Part shown: positions 19,562 through 30,422 of the stretch, piece after piece | Position numbering within the stretch: position 1 is the stretch's first letter | Layout of the letters: every line of letters starts with the position of its first letter | IMG/VR virus record: IMGVR_UViG_3300027792_000021 | Coordinates: 1 to 57,000 of that record | Source: a virus | Lineage: Duplodnaviria > Caudoviricetes | Reading direction: 5' to 3' (one strand) | Length of the DNA stretch: 57,000 nucleotides | Program-made: the position numbers and the translations under genes | Notes under the pieces: model-generated | Told to the model about the DNA's origin: nothing | The model's database searches: none | The model's input: only the letters and a program-made list of their open reading frames with translations

Positions 19562-22141
19562 CTATCTATAATCTATCAAATGATCTCTTGTTACAACATA
19601 CAATATATAATAGTATAAAGGTTCAAACCCTATATCTTCATCATTTGTTGTTATAGTTATTTTATATGAATGAAATATATGTGAACCTAATGATCTATGA
19701 TCTACAGGGTATATAATTCTATATCCTGATTTTTTAGGTGATTCAGTCCATGATGTACCTGTTTCACCACCATCACCATAATGAGTAATACTTATACTGT
19801 TTGTTGTCGTTTCTTTTGCTACAGCAATCAGACAGGTATATTCTGAAACAGTTTCAGTAGCTATACTGCCTTCTCCTGACAGTGCTATATCACCAAACCG
19901 TATAGTATGCACTATATCATTACCGTTAAAATCATTGCCGTATTCTAACCTGAACATATAACCTATATCATTAAACGCATAATTATATGTATTTCCGCTT
20001 GTATCTTTTACTTCTATACCTAATTGTAAATTCTTTATAACAATATCAGTTGGCTCAAGTCTGCTTATTTCAAACCATGCCATCTTGTTAAAATCGAATA
20101 CAAATTCTTTATTTAATGAAGTCGATGAACCACTTGCAAATAACCAGTGATAACAGTTATTGTCAGAATCCCAAAATGCTTGTGAATATGTTGCTCTGTC
20201 TGGATTTATGGATGTTGATAATCTTTTATCAAACTTATCTCTTATGTCCTGGCTGAGTATCATAGGAGTGCGGCCATCAGACATATAAATGCCATTTGCC
20301 CCCTGCCATATTACTACATTCCTGTTAGGCGCATTGCTTTCCGGCCCCAAATCAACATTTTTAACTGTATCTGGAGCTATACATCCTATGGTATTTGAAA
20401 TCTTATATTTTACCCAATCTTCAGGATTATTACCTACCAATGCCCAAGTTTCATTCTTTTTAAACAACAAGGTAGTATAGTAAAGAGAAGAACCATATTG
20501 GCTATATACCCACGAACCAGCAGTCAATTCCTCTTCAGAACCAAATTCCCATTCAGCAGAATCATCACCATTGAATACACATGATGTTCCCATAGCTGAA
20601 CAAATAGCACTGTTCTTTTTTCCATAAGCATCACAGCACAGCCATATTCTGTCATTAGACATTGTCGCAAACTTGTATGTGCTAAGTTCTTTTTGTGCCG
20701 GTATCCCAGATACATAAAAAATTCTCACATGACCATCACAACCGCCAGTTCCTACCCTGAACCTGTAATAATATAACTGTACGTCATTAAATATGGATCG
20801 TGTCTGCTCATTTTCAGGACTTGATATAGACCATGTTATTGTGCCGGTATTGGCAAGAGTTCTCGCTCCCGTACCTCCAACAGCAGAATATGTACCATCC
20901 TCTATTGAATCCACGCTTTCCCAATCATCGCCATTCCAATAATCAATATATAGCCCGTCATTGGCAGTTGAATTAGCATATTTAGGAGCAAGACTAAGCA
21001 TTACTCCTATCATTTTTTCCGTAAATCCACACAAGAAATATTCATCATCAAGTTCGCAGTCACCTATATTAACGAAATTACCTGCGTTATAATCATCTTC
21101 TTCATAATTTGGTGGATCGATATATTCCTTTTCTCTGACATTTACAGTGTAATCTTCATAAGTACCATCATATAACTGGAAGCTATCTATTTGCCTTTGT
21201 ACCCCATCCCATATATCTTTTATGTTTTGGAATGGTGTAGATACTGTTACATGATATATAGAAGTATTTGCCGATACAGAAGTAACTATTACTCTATACC
21301 AATATAACATTATACCTTCTATATACTTTATCTTTGCGCTATTTGCTGTAGAAGAGAAACTTACTGTACCTGTATATTTAAGGCTTATTCCAACATTAAC
21401 ACCATGGCCTTCACTATCAACAAGAATACTCGTACCATCTGTTAAATCTGATACACTTGTCCATGAAGCCCCATTCCAATATGCAACAGACATAGTACTT
21501 GTGCTACTATTGGCAGTGTTCATGTATAACTTGAAAGAATCAAGAGGTCTTATTGAACCTACGTAAAAATACGCAGCACTGCTATTTAAATGCAATACAG
21601 CTTCATTCAAGCTATCTGTTTTTGTATTTCTCACTCTTTCAGTGTAGTCATACATAAAACTGTCATCTGGATCATAATTTATAAATCCTGATACTTCTCT
21701 TTCGTTACCGCCCCATATAGCATTTTCAGCATTATTACAATATATTACATCACCATCAGGAGCTAAACTCCACATGCATGTATCTGTACCGGTTGTTTGG
21801 TGAAGAAAATCTGAGTCAAAATCACCAGTATCAGGTATGGCAGTTTCGTTATCATATATTCTTGATATTGTGCCGGCAGTATTTAGGGCTTGAACAAGTA
21901 TATGTGATTCTGCCGGCTGATCTTTTGTATAATGAATTGCGCTTCTGGCCTGATAATAATAAGGCGTAAGTTTGTCGGTAGTAATCTTTGTCATGCCGCC
22001 TACACCTTTAAGGTGTTTATCGGCATATCTCATATTAGTTAATTGCTGGAAATTAGACCCTATTGATGCTGGATCATCCCATGTAATCAACTTACCGTCA
22101 AAGGGCAACTCACGCTTATATATCTTTTTGTCTTTCGCCAT
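19562..22141 (-). CDS. Tail nozzle / tail tubular protein B-like
   Basis: 859 aa, beta-rich; IGCIAPDTV and GIYMSDG motifs; follows adaptor gene. Confidence 0.7.
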   Translation of the reverse strand: MAKDKKIYKRELPFDGKLITWDDPASIGSNFQQLTNMRYADKHLKGVGGMTKITTDKLTPYYYQARSAIHYTKDQPAESHILVQALNTAGTISRIYDNETAIPDTGDFDSDFLHQTTGTDTCMWSLAPDGDVIYCNNAENAIWGGNEREVSGFINYDPDDSFMYDYTERVRNTKTDSLNEAVLHLNSSAAYFYVGSIRPLDSFKLYMNTANSSTSTMSVAYWNGASWTSVSDLTDGTSILVDSEGHGVNVGISLKYTGTVSFSSTANSAKIKYIEGIMLYWYRVIVTSVSANTSIYHVTVSTPFQNIKDIWDGVQRQIDSFQLYDGTYEDYTVNVREKEYIDPPNYEEDDYNAGNFVNIGDCELDDEYFLCGFTEKMIGVMLSLAPKYANSTANDGLYIDYWNGDDWESVDSIEDGTYSAVGGTGARTLANTGTITWSISSPENEQTRSIFNDVQLYYYRFRVGTGGCDGHVRIFYVSGIPAQKELSTYKFATMSNDRIWLCCDAYGKKNSAICSAMGTSCVFNGDDSAEWEFGSEEELTAGSWVYSQYGSSLYYTTLLFKKNETWALVGNNPEDWVKYKISNTIGCIAPDTVKNVDLGPESNAPNRNVVIWQGANGIYMSDGRTPMILSQDIRDKFDKRLSTSINPDRATYSQAFWDSDNNCYHWLFASGSSTSLNKEFVFDFNKMAWFEISRLEPTDIVIKNLQLGIEVKDTSGNTYNYAFNDIGYMFRLEYGNDFNGNDIVHTIRFGDIALSGEGSIATETVSEYTCLIAVAKETTTNSISITHYGDGGETGTSWTESPKKSGYRIIYPVDHRSLGSHIFHSYKITITTNDEDIGFEPLYYYILYVVTRDHLIDYR

Positions 22142-23049
22142 TATCTGCGTGCCACCATATTAACCTTGAACCCGCCAGGTCTTTGCGCCCTATTATTGCT
22201 GTATGCCTTACGATTGATTTCAAGTTCCCAAAATCTGTACATGGCATCACCGAAATTAGGCTCTCTATCCCTATATTTGTATAACCAGAACGCATATTTG
22301 ACTAAGGCTCCTGGGTTTACAAACCTGTAAATACCATAATCAGAATATACGGGAGCAGGTCTTTGCACATAAGGAACTGTTATAGTATGACTTGCATTGC
22401 TTGGAGGCGGATCAAGAACGATCTTCATTCTCGGATTAGGCTGTATTGCATAAGCATCGCCTGAACTCCAGTCATCATCAGTACCACCAAACAATGACGT
22501 GACAAGAACAGTGGAAGATGTTTTAGACAATACCATGCCATCTGATCCATCAGTTGTGTTGTGAACTGACGCACCAGCTTCAACATCTGAAAAATCAGCC
22601 GTAGTATCAGTTAGAGTACACTGGCCTCCTGACGAAGCTCCTGCGCTTGTAGTAGTCCCTGCTACTGCTGAAGGTAAATCTGAATCAAGTATGGTAAATC
22701 GGCCCGGAGTGGCTGTAGATGTAGTATTGTCCTCATGGAAAATATCCTCATAATCTTTCCATGTAGGAAACGTATTGGTGGAACCATCATTGTACTTTAT
22801 ATAATAGTTACCGCTGGAATTTTTGGTATAGAGCCTGAGAAAATCAGGATTTAAGTCATACTCGGATTGTTCCGCAACAGTTGTAATTGCCTGAGAAGAA
22901 CGAAGACATCCGGTTCTGTCAACAAACTCGATTGCGGCATCATAGAAGAGGTCATAGGAAGTTCTTTCATCCAACCATCCTGAATCACTGTCTTCATTTA
23001 ATAATATTCTAAGTCTTCGGAGTAAATCTTTCCCGTCTATGGAAATCAC
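22141..23049 (-). CDS. Head-tail adaptor / tail tubular protein A-like
   Basis: N-terminal helices, QSEYDLNPDFL motif, internal beta insertion; synteny. Confidence 0.68.
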   Translation of the reverse strand: MISIDGKDLLRRLRILLNEDSDSGWLDERTSYDLFYDAAIEFVDRTGCLRSSQAITTVAEQSEYDLNPDFLRLYTKNSSGNYYIKYNDGSTNTFPTWKDYEDIFHEDNTTSTATPGRFTILDSDLPSAVAGTTTSAGASSGGQCTLTDTTADFSDVEAGASVHNTTDGSDGMVLSKTSSTVLVTSLFGGTDDDWSSGDAYAIQPNPRMKIVLDPPPSNASHTITVPYVQRPAPVYSDYGIYRFVNPGALVKYAFWLYKYRDREPNFGDAMYRFWELEINRKAYSNNRAQRPGGFKVNMVARR

Positions 23050-23055
23050 CTCCTA

Positions 23056-23670
23056 TCATTTGATTTTCCCCTTCAATATAGCCTGGGCCAAATCATTCAT
23101 TGACTGATACGCTTCCGAATTACCGTCACGCCTCAATCTTTCTACACTGGTATTTTCACCAAGAACCTTGCCTAATATCTGGTAGCATTTATCAGCCTCA
23201 TTACCTGATATTTTCCCATGTACTACATGAACACCGCAAGCCTTTGCAATTTCAGGGCTAATGCTGATATGTTTATTCTTCCATCTTTTCAGTTCTTCAT
23301 GAGGACTTACAAGGCCATCTCTTGCCTGTTTCCGTGTAGGCATTGTATCTTTAATCTGCCCCTGTAAACTTTGGTATGCGTTATATATCTTGTCTTTCTG
23401 TTTATCTGAAAGAACCGGTCTTGTCTTTTCTATAGAATCAAGCTTTTCTTTTTCAGATGCTATTTCACCTTTTATTCTCAAAACCTGATCTGGAGCATAC
23501 AAATTCAAGGCCAGACCTCTTTCCTTGCGTTCAATACCTTCTTTTAGATTGTCTATATGAACATCAAAAAACCAAGCAGGCATATCAGACCTGATATTCC
23601 CTGATCTTTCGTCCATATCAATCTCTCCAAAAAAACGTATTTTATCTTCTGTTTCTGTTACAACTGCCAT
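23056..23670 (-). CDS. Hypothetical protein in head-tail region
   Basis: AAGGAG RBS before MAVVTE. Confidence 0.65.
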   Translation of the reverse strand: MAVVTETEDKIRFFGEIDMDERSGNIRSDMPAWFFDVHIDNLKEGIERKERGLALNLYAPDQVLRIKGEIASEKEKLDSIEKTRPVLSDKQKDKIYNAYQSLQGQIKDTMPTRKQARDGLVSPHEELKRWKNKHISISPEIAKACGVHVVHGKISGNEADKCYQILGKVLGENTSVERLRRDGNSEAYQSMNDLAQAILKGKIK

Positions 23671-23727
23671 TGTTTTCTCCTTATTATGTATAGGAATTAT
23701 GCTATACATCAATATTTGATTTGTAAT

Positions 23728-23931
23728 TTAAACCTCATCAATATAATGTCCTGGAAAAAAGTTTTTAGTAGAACCATCAAGTTCTTTTTTCTTTCTCTCA
23801 AGAAATTTTAACTTATCCAATTGCTCATCAGTCATTGTCATACCCCATTCCTTACGCATATTTTCTTCCTGTTCAGAACGGGTCTTGCCAAATTTATGAT
23901 GTTCGTCTTTTCCCTTTATAATAATTTCCAT
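23728..23931 (-). CDS. Hypothetical protein
   Basis: 67-aa ORF with GAGGG RBS. Confidence 0.55.
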   Translation of the reverse strand: MEIIIKGKDEHHKFGKTRSEQEENMRKEWGMTMTDEQLDKLKFLERKKKELDGSTKNFFPGHYIDEV

Positions 23932-23943
23932 TATTTCCCTCTT

Positions 23944-23971
23944 TACAAGGGAGGATTGCTCCTCCCCTGTA
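23944..23971 (-). terminator. Hairpin downstream of capsid-fibre gene
   Basis: tacaagggagga-ttgc-tcctcccctgta inverted repeat; weak T-run. Confidence 0.45.
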
Positions 23972-23981
23972 AGATTTATGG

Positions 23982-24923
23982 TTAAGCAGTTTCGTTAATA
24001 CCAGTTACGTCCCAGTTAGCTACGCAAACCATGTCATTCTGAACAATAAAAGTAGTTGATAGATCTGCTTCCGCAAAGAAGTTATTAACTATCAAACCGG
24101 AACTGCCAGAAGTTGCTATATTGATTTGTACCAATGTTCCTAAATCAAAATAGTTATCGGCTATAAGACCATTCTCAACTTTTCCCGTCCATATAACAGG
24201 AGCCGAATCCATCGCCGTACCATTACCGCCAAGGAAATGACATCCTCGCAGAACTGGTCGCCTGTTTACGTTGGTTCCGTCAAGCGTGATAATCATGCCA
24301 CAAGTATTGCCATCGTACTTAGCTTGAAACTGGCAGTTTATAATCTGCAAACTATCAGAACCATTTGCCAATACCCCGCCTTCGCCCTTGATCGCACAAT
24401 TATACAATGAAGAACCCGTGTGACCTGCTTTTGTCCATGTAGCACCATCACCTTCAAAATATACTCCGGCAGTGGCTCCCTCACAGAAAAAGCCGATATT
24501 TTCAATATGTGTTCCAGGAGCTTCTACATTCAAAGGAGTATTGGTTGCATGTGTCCACCTTACTCCAAGGAAATCTGTTGCTACGGTCCTTGGTGAGACA
24601 CCTATAATTGATTTACCTGCCAATGGTGCTGTAGATGCGCTGGCAGCTCCAGTATTAACTACTACAACATCTTCTGTATAACGGGCAAACCCAGTACCCA
24701 TTGTATAAGTCTTTGGCCTGATATAGATAACATCACCACCAGTTGCTACAGTAACTGCTTTCTGAATAGTTTTAAAAGCCTTGGCCGGTGTTAAGCCAGT
24801 ATTGCCATCCAAACCATCATCACCATCTACAAAATAATGAGTGGACCAGGGATTTGAAAATCTTGCGCTCCCAAAAACAGGAACACCAAAACTTGAAATC
24901 CCATTTCTAAAATTAGTACCCAT
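23982..24923 (-). CDS. Capsid-associated fibre/spike with parallel beta-helix
   Basis: TNFRNGISSFGVPV N-terminus; YFVDG...G.TP.KAFKTIQKAV...GDVIYI pectin-lyase-fold cap; directly after MCP. Confidence 0.7.
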   Translation of the reverse strand: MGTNFRNGISSFGVPVFGSARFSNPWSTHYFVDGDDGLDGNTGLTPAKAFKTIQKAVTVATGGDVIYIRPKTYTMGTGFARYTEDVVVVNTGAASASTAPLAGKSIIGVSPRTVATDFLGVRWTHATNTPLNVEAPGTHIENIGFFCEGATAGVYFEGDGATWTKAGHTGSSLYNCAIKGEGGVLANGSDSLQIINCQFQAKYDGNTCGMIITLDGTNVNRRPVLRGCHFLGGNGTAMDSAPVIWTGKVENGLIADNYFDLGTLVQINIATSGSSGLIVNNFFAEADLSTTFIVQNDMVCVANWDVTGINETA

Positions 24924-24938
24924 AATATGTTCTCCTTC

Positions 24939-24987
24939 CCTGCCAGTGGCAAAGCCACCAGCGGGGCATAAAGCCCCGCCAGCAGGA
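24939..24987 (-). promoter_or_regulatory. Branched GC-rich structure after MCP stop
   Basis: cctgc/gcagg outer stem enclosing gtggc-aaa-gccac and gcggggc-ataaa-gccccgc. Confidence 0.5.
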
Positions 24988-24994
24988 TTAATTA

Positions 24995-25924
24995 TTAAGT
25001 TACGTTATGACCATAAATCCAACGCCAATCTTTGTGACCATAACCCCATCTGCTATAAATAGAGTGCTTAACCGACTTGGTTTCAAAGTCAACTATCGTA
25101 TCTGTTTCATTAGCAATGCGGTCTATCCATATAAGCATCTTTTTCATTATATCTACATTAACCATGAACCAGTTAGTTGTAGAATAATCATCAAGTCTCA
25201 TATAACGGAAGACCCTGTAACGCCCATATTGAGGGTTAATATCGCCCTCTGCCGTATCAAGGCTTTTTACAGTTCCGACAATCGTTTCAGCCGTATCACC
25301 AAGAGTATCAGGCACAATCAGCATATAATTGTCGCTCATCTCAATACGTTCTGACATTGAATCTCTGAATTGCCTCATTGCCAGCCATGTAGTAGCAACA
25401 GAAGTCTTATCAAGAGCAGACGTGCCCTTGTTGTCGAACCCTGAAGAAGTACTTGTACCTGACTTGGTAGTATGAGAATCATTACAAAGAGACAAATTTT
25501 CCTCACTCTGCATAAATTCAAAAGCGGCAGAGAAGGCATAATTAAACACTCTCGCACGGTACTTTTCCTGAGTTCTCGCATTAGCCCGTACAAGTTCAGA
25601 AGCATGGTCCCTTAAAACAGGCCATTGGTTATCATCAATGAATTTTCTTTCAGTTATCACACCGGCGGCAAACTCTTTAGGTTCAATTTTGGTGTAATAG
25701 CCGGGCGCACGTCCAAGATATGACAGTTTCCCGTTAAACTCTGGAATATCAGGAAGACCGCTCACGCCATAAAATTCGGTTACGGCTTCATCAGGTGATA
25801 TGACCCGATAAAGCTCTTTGCCCTGTTGAGGTAGTTCGTTATAAACTTTGTCAGATACCTCAAACATATCCTTTTTAAGCAGCTTGACAAAAGCCGCACT
25901 ATTAAGAGGAGATACTAAACCCAT
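24995..25924 (-). CDS. Major capsid protein (HK97 fold, Mu gpT-like)
   Basis: 309 aa; ITERKFIDDN, LIVP..L...A..I, DIN, WF, and DFETKSVK..YSRWGYG..DWR.IYG signatures. Confidence 0.85.
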   Translation of the reverse strand: MGLVSPLNSAAFVKLLKKDMFEVSDKVYNELPQQGKELYRVISPDEAVTEFYGVSGLPDIPEFNGKLSYLGRAPGYYTKIEPKEFAAGVITERKFIDDNQWPVLRDHASELVRANARTQEKYRARVFNYAFSAAFEFMQSEENLSLCNDSHTTKSGTSTSSGFDNKGTSALDKTSVATTWLAMRQFRDSMSERIEMSDNYMLIVPDTLGDTAETIVGTVKSLDTAEGDINPQYGRYRVFRYMRLDDYSTTNWFMVNVDIMKKMLIWIDRIANETDTIVDFETKSVKHSIYSRWGYGHKDWRWIYGHNVT

Positions 25925-25938
25925 AATTATTTACCCCC

Positions 25939-26760
25939 TTATGCTCTAAAAGCACAGAAGTTATCTGTGTCGAAACGAAATTCAACGTATTCGTTACCAG
26001 GGACAGAAAGATCAAGTCTCATAACATGAATCCAAAAGTTATGTGAAGTCAAAGCTGCACTGCAATCAATATATGTATCTTCCGCATCAATATATATCTT
26101 GCAGGGTCCATAAGGTCTGAGACCATTAATAACAACCGCAGTGTCACCAATAGATACTGTATGCGGCATTGCCTTCAGCCATGTATGAGTAGTAGTGGAA
26201 GCCGAAGTCAGAGTACGGTAAATACCCATGTTGGCTCCTGAACGCATATAAATCGTAGCAAAGTTGCCTACCGTAGTTGCGTCAGACGCTCCGGTCGTAC
26301 AACCTATGCCGTCACCACCGCATCCGGTAGTAACAGTTACCACGCTTGGTGCGGTTCCGAGAGCAGCTTTGCAGATCGGCCCCTTCAATATTGTGCATGG
26401 ATTAATATGCCCAATTAGCACATACGCTTGAGGATCGCCTTTAGACCACGGACCTTCAACGCCCTGATATTGTGTAGTGCTGCCATAAATACTGCCAGCA
26501 GCCGGTTGAGTAATATATTCACCATAAGTGCTGTTTGTAACCAAATTCCCCGAAGTGTTGTTTGTACCAACCACAACACCCATAGGAATATCTTTATTAG
26601 TTGTGTTGTTATGCCCTGCCGCCACAGGTAAAGGACGTACACCTTCAAGCGGAGTAGCAATATCAACGCCAACAATCTGACCCAGATAACAGGTCTCGCC
26701 AGGTTCTACAGGAACCCAGCTATATTGAGTTGATTCTGGATGTACTATTGAAAAACCCAT
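25939..26760 (-). CDS. Capsid decoration/cement-like protein
   Basis: Beta-rich, Gly/Thr-rich; immediately upstream of MCP. Confidence 0.55.
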   Translation of the reverse strand: MGFSIVHPESTQYSWVPVEPGETCYLGQIVGVDIATPLEGVRPLPVAAGHNNTTNKDIPMGVVVGTNNTSGNLVTNSTYGEYITQPAAGSIYGSTTQYQGVEGPWSKGDPQAYVLIGHINPCTILKGPICKAALGTAPSVVTVTTGCGGDGIGCTTGASDATTVGNFATIYMRSGANMGIYRTLTSASTTTHTWLKAMPHTVSIGDTAVVINGLRPYGPCKIYIDAEDTYIDCSAALTSHNFWIHVMRLDLSVPGNEYVEFRFDTDNFCAFRA

Positions 26761-26776
26761 AATTTATTCTCCTTAA

Positions 26777-27271
26777 TTAATATTTACCCATCCAATTCGT
26801 ACAGCCGCAGAAAGGACAGCCACGAGTAACATTGGTGGTATAACCATGTGTAATTGTTACGAGTTCGCCTTCCTCATCCGTACCTCTTGTAACAACAAAG
26901 TCTCCGTAATAATTGCTCTCATCATCTACAAGATAATTGCCTTCATCATCAACAAGATAATCGTATAAATTTTCCGAATATCCATCAGTCAAAAATCTTT
27001 TCATAAGTATATGATTATGGTCTCTTAAATACAAAGCCCTTTGTTCGCTCTTAGAGGTATATGGATCAATAGGCGTAATGTTGTGATAATCAGTGTGGTT
27101 ATCACCAGCATCACTATCAGCGTCCCCAAGTTCATCTCTTTCTTTGTCACATATAAAACCACAATTCCAGCAACGAAAATACCTGCCCTTATCGTCACCC
27201 TTGCCATAAACAGGACGAGTGCGTGAACGCTTTGGCAATCTCCGCTTGCTTGGTCTTGTATAAACAGCCAT
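26777..27271 (-). CDS. Split Zn-ribbon protein in head module
   Basis: CWNCGFIC near the N-terminus and CPFCGC at the C-terminus; YLVDDE.NY tandem repeat. Confidence 0.65.
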   Translation of the reverse strand: MAVYTRPSKRRLPKRSRTRPVYGKGDDKGRYFRCWNCGFICDKERDELGDADSDAGDNHTDYHNITPIDPYTSKSEQRALYLRDHNHILMKRFLTDGYSENLYDYLVDDEGNYLVDDESNYYGDFVVTRGTDEEGELVTITHGYTTNVTRGCPFCGCTNWMGKY

Positions 27272-27274
27272 TCT

Positions 27275-28099
27275 TTATTTCTTTGCCAATTCCTTGTGTA
27301 AAGCTACAGCCTTTTCCTGCCCGTCTGTTCTTGCTATATATGCAAGATACGACTGCGCTGAAGGACTCAGCTTCGGCAAAGGCACATCCCTTGCCACATT
27401 TTTCTGATTTGGTATGCCATCTAAAGGCTCGTCCCCTCTTAAAGGAATTTTTTTGCCTGTTTTCGCAGTAGCCAACTGTTTTCTTAAAAAGGCTTTTTCT
27501 GCCTTATAAAAATTGAGTTCGGCATCTCTGGCCGGATCATTAGAAGGTTTATACGTTATGTTTTTCATTTCTTCTAATATCTGGCCTTGTTCCTGTTCAG
27601 ACAAATCAGAAGACAAACTCCCTAATGTTCTAAGATATTGGTTGTTGTAATACTCGTTTTGCTGTTTTGAAGCCTTTTCTCTATAATCCAATATCTTGTT
27701 CATCTCAGCGAAAGTAATAGGTTCATTAGGATCAAAGTTTACTTCTTCCTCTTTCGGAGGAGCATTGGTAAAACGGGTACTTTGACTTTCAGCAAGTTCA
27801 AGAAGTTTATTTATCCGTTCCTCAAACTCATCCTGCCGTCTATGGAATGCTGTAATTTTTCTGCCAAGATCAGACCTTTTAGCGTTGTCTTTAGGCAAAC
27901 CATCGTCATCTAATTCTTCAGGTTCATCCTGTTCTTTAGAAAGTTCGGCAGGTTCGTTATCCTGTTCTTCGAATATTTCTTCTTTTTGTTGCTTGTTTAC
28001 CGCATCCGAAGCGGCTTGACTAAGCAAATCGTCAGAGGAAGATAAATCACTGACACTATCTGCTGAAGCGGCTACGTCCTTTTTGGTATCGTCTGGCAT
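27275..28099 (-). CDS. Capsid scaffolding protein
   Basis: Acidic N-terminus, coiled coil; between portal and MCP. Confidence 0.7.
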   Translation of the reverse strand: MPDDTKKDVAASADSVSDLSSSDDLLSQAASDAVNKQQKEEIFEEQDNEPAELSKEQDEPEELDDDGLPKDNAKRSDLGRKITAFHRRQDEFEERINKLLELAESQSTRFTNAPPKEEEVNFDPNEPITFAEMNKILDYREKASKQQNEYYNNQYLRTLGSLSSDLSEQEQGQILEEMKNITYKPSNDPARDAELNFYKAEKAFLRKQLATAKTGKKIPLRGDEPLDGIPNQKNVARDVPLPKLSPSAQSYLAYIARTDGQEKAVALHKELAKK

Positions 28100-28116
28100 T
28101 TGTTAAATTCTCCTTA

Positions 28117-28437
28117 TTATTCTTGTGTATTTTTATCAAATACTTCTCTGTTTTTGTTATACCTGTTAATCACATCAGACCATTTTTTAGTTATATTCAT
28201 ATACGCCTTGAGTTCAGCCCTGTCTTTAGGTTCATCTTTTTCCTGTAAGATAAGGCTTATCTTGTCTTCAATGCAACTGACAGCATCTTTAAGAAGTTCC
28301 TGTCCCAAAGGTGTCTCAAGAGCATTAAGAAACTGCTTGTCCTTGCCCAAAGCTGAAAGAATCTGGCTGGCGTTCTTTTGCCCCATCTTCTTTGAAAGCT
28401 GTTTTAAAGTACGTTCAATATTCTGCTCAGAAAGTTC
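28117..28437 (-). CDS. Hypothetical protein downstream of portal
   Basis: Helical ORF overlapping the portal end; exact start uncertain. Confidence 0.55.
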   Translation of the reverse strand, partial: ELSEQNIERTLKQLSKKMGQKNASQILSALGKDKQFLNALETPLGQELLKDAVSCIEDKISLILQEKDEPKDRAELKAYMNITKKWSDVINRYNKNREVFDKNTQE

Positions 28438-30367
28438 CAATGTTTGCCATCCCCCTCGCATCCACTTCAGGACCGCTCATAGGTATCCCAGACTGATTAC
28501 TTGCCGGAGCCACGTTATTCCCAGGCAACATATTTGTACCGCTTCCCTGCCCACCCTGGTTCTGGATAGGGATTTTCTCGTTTAGAAACTTGTTGCTGAA
28601 ATTTTCATACTCATCACCCATAAGTTTTATAAACTCACCAAGGATATAATTAGTTATCTTCACAGTGTCGGGGTGAGGTATTTGGACTGCGTACCCCAAT
28701 ATGGTCGCCCATTCCTTTCTCTTCGCCATTTTTGAATATTCAGGTTCTATAGTCTGCGACAAAGGTTTATAGTAGAAATCTTTAGAAGGGTCAAAATCAA
28801 ACGCCTTGTCCCCCATCAGCTTAAAAGCAGTTTCAGGCTTGGCATAAGCATAGGTCATTTGCTGAATCATCCAATACAAATCACACAAGAACGTATGTTC
28901 AAACGTAAGAGCTTTATAGTTAAGACGTTCGCCTGTAGCCCTGAAAGCACCTGAAAAAGCAGTGGCGGTTGTTGAAGCCTGTCCTGCACCACCCATAGAA
29001 GGCGGTTGGACTGCATCTACCTGCTGCATTTTAGATGTCAGCATATTAACCTGGTTCAACGCACCAACTATATTATCTGATATTTTGAACTCATAAAGAT
29101 CATTCTTCGGATCATTAAGTTCCATCGGATGCCCAGGTTCAAAATACAGAGTAGAATTATCATCTATGGCGTGCTTGTTGACACCAAACGTAGGCAAAGT
29201 AGCAAGCATTACCCTGTCCTGGCTGATATTAAAGGTATCATCTATTCCAATCTGAAGTTCCTTACAGTACTTTCCGTCACCCACACCACCATCCTCAGTA
29301 AGATGAACATAACATATCCCTCTTAATATCGGTCTGTACGGCCGGCCATTTGCGTCTTTGTAAGGTGTTTCCCTGAATCCTATCAGGATTTTTTTGTCAT
29401 TGCTCTGCGCTATGGTTACAAGGGCTTCCTTATATTCAGCTCCCTCAAAGGGCTTTCCCATATCATCAAGTCCTATGTTATGAGATTTGCCCTCTTTAAA
29501 CCACGCCTTGCCGTATCTCTCATAAATATCGTATGATTTCTCAGAACTTGACGTAACAGAATCATAATTCTGGTCTTTGTCGGCTGCTTCTGAAGCAAAT
29601 TTTGTCTTATCGGGAGGTTTTATTTCTTTGAGAAGGTCAAGATTGAAATAACCATTCTTAGCTGAAACTTTTTTCAGTTCAGTAAGAGTCATTTCAGACC
29701 TGAAAATAACAAATTTTTTATCCTGAATCGAATAAACGTAAGAATTGTCGGTGAATACGTTGCGCTGGTCCCAAATATCAAAATTAAATCTGTCAATAAC
29801 AGGAACATCCCCATAAACAGGTTCTTTTATTTCCTGTTTATCCGGTATTTGCGTCTCCTCAATAAGAGGATCGCCATAAATATCAACATCAAGATCTTCA
29901 TATCTTACACTGTAATCAACTATTTCCCTTTTTGTTTCCTGTTCCCACCAGCATTTCGCATATACACGCCCTACTATATTATTGATAGACTTACCCCTGA
30001 GAAATTTAAGGTAGTAATGCAAATGTCTCTGGTTAAGAGTACGATTTATCAATTCCTTGGCTGATTCCGCACTTATTTTTGCGTCATCACTGCTGTCTTC
30101 TACATAAACTTCAACAAAATCTCTCATCTGGAAATTCTGTTGTGCGTCTAATGCTGCCTGAACCAGCCAATGACTTGCAAATTCAGGAATACGAATATCA
30201 GACATCCAGTCATATTCCCTTTCCTGTCTTTCAGTGCCAAGAAGCGCAACTATCTCTTCAAATTCATCATTTGAATACTGCTGGTTAGCTTCAGATATAC
30301 TTAATTCACCATCTATTATCTGATTGACTAACCTTGTTTCCGCTTCTTTATTGCGCTTGTTAGACAT
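28427..30367 (-). CDS. Portal protein (P22-like size)
   Basis: 646 aa after terL; G.VYAKCWW, TTAT motif, Q/G/M-rich tail. Confidence 0.85.
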   Translation of the reverse strand: MSNKRNKEAETRLVNQIIDGELSISEANQQYSNDEFEEIVALLGTERQEREYDWMSDIRIPEFASHWLVQAALDAQQNFQMRDFVEVYVEDSSDDAKISAESAKELINRTLNQRHLHYYLKFLRGKSINNIVGRVYAKCWWEQETKREIVDYSVRYEDLDVDIYGDPLIEETQIPDKQEIKEPVYGDVPVIDRFNFDIWDQRNVFTDNSYVYSIQDKKFVIFRSEMTLTELKKVSAKNGYFNLDLLKEIKPPDKTKFASEAADKDQNYDSVTSSSEKSYDIYERYGKAWFKEGKSHNIGLDDMGKPFEGAEYKEALVTIAQSNDKKILIGFRETPYKDANGRPYRPILRGICYVHLTEDGGVGDGKYCKELQIGIDDTFNISQDRVMLATLPTFGVNKHAIDDNSTLYFEPGHPMELNDPKNDLYEFKISDNIVGALNQVNMLTSKMQQVDAVQPPSMGGAGQASTTATAFSGAFRATGERLNYKALTFEHTFLCDLYWMIQQMTYAYAKPETAFKLMGDKAFDFDPSKDFYYKPLSQTIEPEYSKMAKRKEWATILGYAVQIPHPDTVKITNYILGEFIKLMGDEYENFSNKFLNEKIPIQNQGGQGSGTNMLPGNNVAPASNQSGIPMSGPEVDARGMANIGTF

Positions 30368-30422
30368 CTTAATTCACCTTTATAAGTTTTGGAGGTGAAA
30401 TACGTTTAGTTAATTTTTTTTT

